Both the position numbers and the translations under genes were made by a program. Below are positions 58,944 to 64,000 of a DNA stretch of 64,000 nt, in pieces (within the stretch, counting starts at the first letter, position 1; each line of letters opens with the position of its first letter). The stretch is from the NCBI GenBank assembly GCA_965279375.1, contig OZ257156.1:3968001-4032000 (forward strand). Reading direction: 5' to 3'. The notes beneath the pieces were generated by a model that was not told where the DNA came from, searched no databases, and saw only the letters and a program-made list of their open reading frames with translations. This DNA is from Gemmatimonas sp. GTDB taxonomy: Bacteria; Gemmatimonadota; Gemmatimonadetes; Gemmatimonadales; Gemmatimonadaceae.

Positions 58944-59720
58944 TCAGAGCCCTTTGCGCGTGGCGAGCATCAGACCAGGGTCGTCGCTGATGATCCCCTG
59001 TACGCCGCCACGCCAGAGGCGCAGCGCGTCGGCGGGCTCGTTGATCGTCCAGACGTGCGTGACGTTCCCGGTGCCCTTGAGCGATCGGGTGATGGCGAGA
59101 ATGGGCACGGGAATACCGTTGAACGAAGGCGGAATGCAGAGCGCCTGATACGGCTGTGGACCAACGCGACGGCCGAGCATCGCTGGCAGCATGAGCGCCG
59201 CCACGTCGCCGCGCGTTCCGTTGGTGGCGAAGCCGAGGCCGCGCAGTGGGTGAATCGCCCGCGCGTCAAAACCAGCGACGATGATGCGCGAAGCAATGCC
59301 GTGGCGCTCCACCGCTTGCCGAATGAAGGGCGTGGCAGCGGGCGTCTTCACTTCGATGATCATCGGCAGCGTACGCGGCAGTGACTCGATGACCTCGTCG
59401 AAGGTGGAGATACCTGCCCCGCGCCCGCGCCAGGGGTAGGTCTTGCCACCGTCCTTGGTGAAACGAGCGCCGGCGTCCACCTGACGGAGCTCGGCAAGCG
59501 TCTTCGCAGCAACCGGGCCTGACGCATCGGTCGTGCGATCGAGCGTGTCGTCGTGGAGCATGACCAGCACGCCGTCTCGCGAGAGATGCACGTCGAATTC
59601 GACAGCGTCCGCACCGAGCGCTACGGCCTCGAGTAACGAGGGGAGCGTATTCTCCGGCGCGTGCGCGCGATTGCCGCGATGCCCGATGACAGGACGTGCG
59701 TTGGGGTCGAGCAGGATCAT
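58944..59720 (-). CDS. Glycerophosphodiester phosphodiesterase
   Basis: IGHRG..APENT, EFDVHLSRDG..HD.TLDRTT, EVK, HVWTIN, GIISDDP. Confidence 0.93.
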   Translation of the reverse strand: MILLDPNARPVIGHRGNRAHAPENTLPSLLEAVALGADAVEFDVHLSRDGVLVMLHDDTLDRTTDASGPVAAKTLAELRQVDAGARFTKDGGKTYPWRGRGAGISTFDEVIESLPRTLPMIIEVKTPAATPFIRQAVERHGIASRIIVAGFDARAIHPLRGLGFATNGTRGDVAALMLPAMLGRRVGPQPYQALCIPPSFNGIPVPILAITRSLKGTGNVTHVWTINEPADALRLWRGGVQGIISDDPGLMLATRKGL

Positions 59721-59808
59721 GTCGGAACTATAGGCGGATCAGCGGCTGACGCCTACCACTGCTATGCCGGGCTGTACCGAACCGATACGGGAGCGCTGTC
59801 TCCGAGAT

Positions 59809-59855
59809 GTGAAACGGGGCGGAGCGCTGGCCGCGCCCCGCCCCGCCCCGTTCAC
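59809..59855 (-). terminator. Hairpin after the TonB-dependent receptor
   Basis: Minus strand CGGGGCGGGGCGC-GGCCA-GCGCTCCGCCCCG followed by TTTC. Confidence 0.5.
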
Positions 59856-59875
59856 CGCGCTCTGCGTGCTCGCTT

Positions 59876-62839
59876 TTAGAACGAGTACTGCACGCGGGTC
59901 ATGACCATGCGACCGATCTCGGGCACGCCCGGGAAGGTGCGGATGCGATTGTCGAACATGTTGGTGGCGTTGATCGACCAGAGGAGGCGCTGCGAGCCGA
60001 TGTTGAAGCGCTTGGAGACCTGCGCATCGAACGTGACGGCCTCCGGTACGTTCTCGTAGCAGTACGTGCCTGCAGCGGCCGGCGAGCAGCGATTGAACCC
60101 GGTGGCCGTCGGCGTGGTGGACGGCGCGCCCGCCTGACCGGCGGCGATCGGGAAGGCGACGTTGGTCGCGTAGACGCCGGAGTTCACCGGATAGGACTCG
60201 TTGTAGCGCGTGCGCATCTCGAAACCCATGCCGTTCTCGTCATTGCGATAACGGAAGCCGAGCGAGCCGCGCGAATTGGGCGAGTTCGACATGAGCGGTG
60301 CGCCGTTGCCACCCGGTACGCCATTGAAGGTGTTGCGGCTCTGGTAGCTGTAGGCGACGTCGAACGTGAGGCGATCGTTGGCGACCACGTCAGCGGCGAA
60401 ATCGAGACCGCGCACCCAGATCTTCTGGTTGGACGTGAGGTACGTGGCGTAGATCGCGTTGGGGCGCGTGCTGGCGCTGTTGAAGGTGACCACGCCGAGC
60501 GGGAGCGACGCGACCGCTGGTGTCAGGCCCGTCACGAGCGCCGACACGAGCTGACCGACCTGCGCCTGCGTGAAGCCCAGCGGCACCAACTGCTGGCCGA
60601 GCGTCGCGCCGAGCTGCTGGCCCAGATAGCCGCCGAGCTGCGTCGGGTTGCCGAAGAACACGTTCGGCGTGGAGAGGGCGGCCGAGGTGCCGACGTCGCC
60701 GCGTTCCTGGCCCCAGACGGAGATGTCGTAGCGGAAGCGGTTCCCAATGATGCCCTTGTAACCGCCTTCGAAGGTGTTGTTGAAGGAGGCTGCGAGCGGA
60801 GCGATGTCAGTGAGCTGCGATGTAGTCAGCGGCGTGGTGGCCGAGCTGATGTACGACACTCGGGTTGCGAGATCAGCGTTGGTGGGCTGGCGCGTACCGA
60901 GGAAGGTGATCGCATTGCCTGCGATCTGCGCGGCCAGTGCCTGCGCCTGCGCGGCAGGAACGCCGCCGGCCTGCAGCGCCTGCTGCACACCGCCAGCGAC
61001 GCTCGGCGTGAGGCGCGAGGCCAGCGCCTGCACAGCGCCTGGGAAGGCCGCCGCTGCGCTGGTGGCGACGAAGCCACCCTGCCCCGTGAACGCCGACTTC
61101 ATGCAGTAGTTGCCGAAGGCGCTGTTGGTGGTGCAGCCGCGATTGAACTGCCAGCCCTGCTTGGGCGGGTTGCCCCGAGCCACGAGATCGAAGCCCGAGC
61201 CGCCGATGTTGGGCGACGAGATCAGGTCGAGGAAGAACGAGAAGTTGGCCGGCGTGGAGAACGCGCGATTGAACGTGAAGCGAATGTTCTGGTTGGGCGT
61301 CGGCTTGAAGATGAGCGCGGCGCGCGGTGAGAAGAACTTCGCGTCGATGACGTTGTTGGCGTCGCCGCGGGCGGCGAGCAGAAGCTCGATCTGCTTGATC
61401 GGCTTTGTGCTGGACTGGATGTACGCGCCGTACTCGGTCGTGTTGTCGACGTCCTCGTTCACGCCGTTGGTGATGCCGGCCGTGCGCGGGTTGGTCCAGA
61501 TGTAGTCAACGCCGTAGGTGAAGCTCTGCTTGCGTCCGACGTCAAAGCCGTGCTGGATCTGTACGGCGGCGACGCGCGACTTGTCCACGATCGGCTGGCC
61601 GGAGCGCAGCAGATAGGTGCCGTTGTCCGACGTCGAGGTGTCGTTACCGGCGTTGGTGCTATTGATGAACGCCTGCGCGAAGAGGCGATTCCAGCGGAAG
61701 CGCTGCTGCAGGTTGAGATACGTCCAATCCTTGATCTGCACGGAGCCGTTGGCGCCGGTGAGTTCGATACCGCTTCCGACCTTGGTGAAGCCGAAGGTGG
61801 TGATGGCCTCGGTGTTCTCGGTCGGGCGAACATCGACGCGCGCTTCGCTGCTGAAGCGCTGCAGATCGAAATCACGCTGGCTGGGCTGGCCGCGACGCGA
61901 CGCGGGAACGTTCGCGGTATTCGGGAAGACCTTGGGCTCGCCCTGATCGTTGTACTCCCAATCGCGGCCCTGCATATACTCGCCGGAGAGCTTGTAGGCG
62001 AGCTTGTCGTTCACCTTGCCGGCGTGGCGCAGGCCGGTGCGGATGACGGAGCGCTCGCCGCCATCGACGCTGATGGTCGTGCCCTGCGAATTGAACGGCG
62101 ACTTGGTGATGACGTGGAGCACGCCGTTGGAGCTGTTCGGGCCGTACAGAGCCGACGCCGGTCCGAGGAGCACTTCCATGCGATCGATGTCTTCGTTCGT
62201 GCCCGTCATCAGGAACGGCACGTTGACGCGGAGCGATGGCACACCTGCGAAGCGATAGTCCTGCAGCATGAGCATCGAGCCGCTGAACGCGTTGTTGAAG
62301 CCGCGTGCGACAACGTTGGCCTGCGCGATACCACCGCGATTGATGTCGACACCCGGCGTGTTGCGCAGATGATCGGTGACCGTAATGGCCGGACGCTCGG
62401 TGATCTGCTCGCTGGTGATGACGGAGATCGACGCTGGCGCATCAAGTGCCTTCTCGGGGCGGCTGCGGCTGGCGGTGACGACGGTCTGCGAGAGCTGCGT
62501 CGTCTTTTCCGTGAGCGCTACGTTGAGCGTGGCGCCGGGTCGGATGCCGGTGAAGCCGCGCGCCTGAAACCCGAGCGCGCGAACGGTCACGGTGTAGGTG
62601 CCATCAGGAAGATTGATCACACGATAGACGCCGTCGGCGTTCGTGATCGCACCATATGAAATGCCACCGACGAGTTGCGCTTGCACTTGCGCGTTCTCGA
62701 GCGCGCGTCCGCTAACGGCATCGGTGACCTTTCCCGAAATCGCACCGGTTTGTGCCGACAGCGCAGCCGCTGCGAGCGGCACGGCGGCGAAGGCGCGAAA
62801 GGCAAGGGAGAAAAGTCGTTTGACTCGGGGGACAAGCAT
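59876..62839 (-). CDS. TonB-dependent receptor with N-terminal carboxypeptidase-regulatory-like domain
   Basis: Signal peptide; GAISGKVTD, TonB box TVVTASR, plug domain (DIDRMEVLLGPASALYG..GVLHVITK), NMFD motif, C-terminal QYSF. Confidence 0.92.
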   Translation of the reverse strand: MLVPRVKRLFSLAFRAFAAVPLAAAALSAQTGAISGKVTDAVSGRALENAQVQAQLVGGISYGAITNADGVYRVINLPDGTYTVTVRALGFQARGFTGIRPGATLNVALTEKTTQLSQTVVTASRSRPEKALDAPASISVITSEQITERPAITVTDHLRNTPGVDINRGGIAQANVVARGFNNAFSGSMLMLQDYRFAGVPSLRVNVPFLMTGTNEDIDRMEVLLGPASALYGPNSSNGVLHVITKSPFNSQGTTISVDGGERSVIRTGLRHAGKVNDKLAYKLSGEYMQGRDWEYNDQGEPKVFPNTANVPASRRGQPSQRDFDLQRFSSEARVDVRPTENTEAITTFGFTKVGSGIELTGANGSVQIKDWTYLNLQQRFRWNRLFAQAFINSTNAGNDTSTSDNGTYLLRSGQPIVDKSRVAAVQIQHGFDVGRKQSFTYGVDYIWTNPRTAGITNGVNEDVDNTTEYGAYIQSSTKPIKQIELLLAARGDANNVIDAKFFSPRAALIFKPTPNQNIRFTFNRAFSTPANFSFFLDLISSPNIGGSGFDLVARGNPPKQGWQFNRGCTTNSAFGNYCMKSAFTGQGGFVATSAAAAFPGAVQALASRLTPSVAGGVQQALQAGGVPAAQAQALAAQIAGNAITFLGTRQPTNADLATRVSYISSATTPLTTSQLTDIAPLAASFNNTFEGGYKGIIGNRFRYDISVWGQERGDVGTSAALSTPNVFFGNPTQLGGYLGQQLGATLGQQLVPLGFTQAQVGQLVSALVTGLTPAVASLPLGVVTFNSASTRPNAIYATYLTSNQKIWVRGLDFAADVVANDRLTFDVAYSYQSRNTFNGVPGGNGAPLMSNSPNSRGSLGFRYRNDENGMGFEMRTRYNESYPVNSGVYATNVAFPIAAGQAGAPSTTPTATGFNRCSPAAAGTYCYENVPEAVTFDAQVSKRFNIGSQRLLWSINATNMFDNRIRTFPGVPEIGRMVMTRVQYSF

Positions 62840-62959
62840 CGCACACCTCGAAGGGGTGGGAGAGGTACGTCAGGCGCAGCAAGGGCTCGCAGGCAGGAGG
62901 CGAGCAGGACGGGCAGGATGCGGCGTATGTTGGGCGCGTGACTGCCTAGCGTCAATATG

Positions 62960-64000
62960 TCACAACGAACCACAGATCCGGTCGAGGTCCTGTATCCCGA
63001 CCAAGACATCGCGCGGCCGCGCACCGCCCTCGGAGGGCGCGAGGACGCCCGCCTCTTCGAGCTGGTCGATGATGCGCGCCGCACGTCCATAGCCGACTTT
63101 CAATCGTCGTTGCAACAACGAAGTCGACCCCTGACGATGCTGAATGACGACCTCCGCCGCCTCGCGGAAGCGCGCATCGCGGTCGCCGCCACTGCCTTCC
63201 GCGTCGTCGTCGCCATCACCCGCGGCCTTCGCTTCGAGCGCGCGCACCGCTTCGAGGATATCCGGCTCCGCTTCTGCTGTTTCGGCACCGGCACGTTCTG
63301 CGAGACGACGCGCGGTCGCGTCGCCGTACCAGCGGAGCAGCTTCTCCGTATCCTCACTGGAGAGATACGCGCCCTGTAGTCGCGATGCCTCCGACTTGCC
63401 GGGCGGAATGAAGAGCATGTCGCCGTTGCCGAGCAAGGACTCCGCACCAGCGCCGTCGATGATCGTGCGACTGTCCACCTGCGACGCGACGCGGAACGCG
63501 ATGCGGCACGGGAAATTCGCCTTGATGAGACCCGTGATGACGTTCACGCTCGGACGCTGCGTGGCGAGAATGAGGTGAATGCCGATCGCGCGTGCTTTCT
63601 GCGCCAGCATCGCGATGGGCGTTTCCACTTCACCCTGCACGGTCATCATGAGGTCGGCCATTTCATCGATGACCACGACGATGTACGGCAACACGCCGCC
63701 CTTGTACGTGCGATCTTCGAAGCCGACGTCGGGGCGCTTCGGCGTCTGCAGCGGCGGCACCTCTTCGCCCGCTTCCTGCTGCTGCACACGCTTGTTGAAC
63801 TCCTGCAGGTTGCGGCAGGCATTGGCCTCGAGCAACCGATAGCGATCCTGCATCTCCATCACGGCCCACTTAAGCACTGCGGCGGCGTCGCGATTGTCCG
63901 TGATGACCTTGTGTCGGAGATGCGGCAGCGCGTTGTACACGCTCAACTCGACCATCTTCGGGTCCACCATCAGGAAGCGCAGCGTCTTGGGCGTATGTCG
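62960..64000 (-). CDS. ftsK: DNA translocase FtsK, C-terminal part (5' end outside the window)
   Basis: MVDPKMVEL, IDEMADLMM, LAQKARAIGIHLILATQRPS, GAESLLGNGDML, gamma domain (STSLLQRRLKVGYGRAARIID). Confidence 0.96.
   Translation of the reverse strand, partial: RHTPKTLRFLMVDPKMVELSVYNALPHLRHKVITDNRDAAAVLKWAVMEMQDRYRLLEANACRNLQEFNKRVQQQEAGEEVPPLQTPKRPDVGFEDRTYKGGVLPYIVVVIDEMADLMMTVQGEVETPIAMLAQKARAIGIHLILATQRPSVNVITGLIKANFPCRIAFRVASQVDSRTIIDGAGAESLLGNGDMLFIPPGKSEASRLQGAYLSSEDTEKLLRWYGDATARRLAERAGAETAEAEPDILEAVRALEAKAAGDGDDDAEGSGGDRDARFREAAEVVIQHRQGSTSLLQRRLKVGYGRAARIIDQLEEAGVLAPSEGGARPRDVLVGIQDLDRICGSL

Overview
High-GC bacterial chromosomal window, almost certainly Gemmatimonadota (Gemmatimonas-like). 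This is inferred from gene order and protein style, not from a database search. It is dense core genome with about 60 mostly minus-strand housekeeping genes: nadK(partial)-dxs-ispA-xseBA-folD-rny-6S RNA-zapA-zapB-like-pheTS-rplT-rpmI-infC; rex; rsmA with an RsbU/W/V partner-switching trio; pta-coaD-rsmD-recJ; dnaG-mutS2-yqeY-rpsU; rsmE-prmA-dnaJ-hrcA-hemW-dprA-obgE; two tRNAs; hflX-rarA-cca-SDR-gmhA; alaS-recX-recA-yraN; a penicillin-acylase/M28 peptidase operon; GDPD; a TonB-dependent receptor; ftsK(partial). I saw no mobile element, CRISPR array or rRNA. The main hidden signal is a probable chromosomal replication origin at about 46.9-47.6 kb, not next to dnaA. GC skew flips there from C-rich to G-rich independently of gene strand. 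DnaA-box-like 9-mers are embedded inside the coding sequences of an SDR gene and gmhA. Between those genes lies an 82-bp AT-rich spacer with tandem 13-mers and a parS/NBS-shaped 16-bp palindrome. Other signals: an expanded L20-leader-like attenuator and ATT start for infC, a perfect Rex operator, a 6S RNA, many apparently leaderless genes, a possible ATC start for hflX, and a HARE-HTH-like domain fused to a DEDDh exonuclease.
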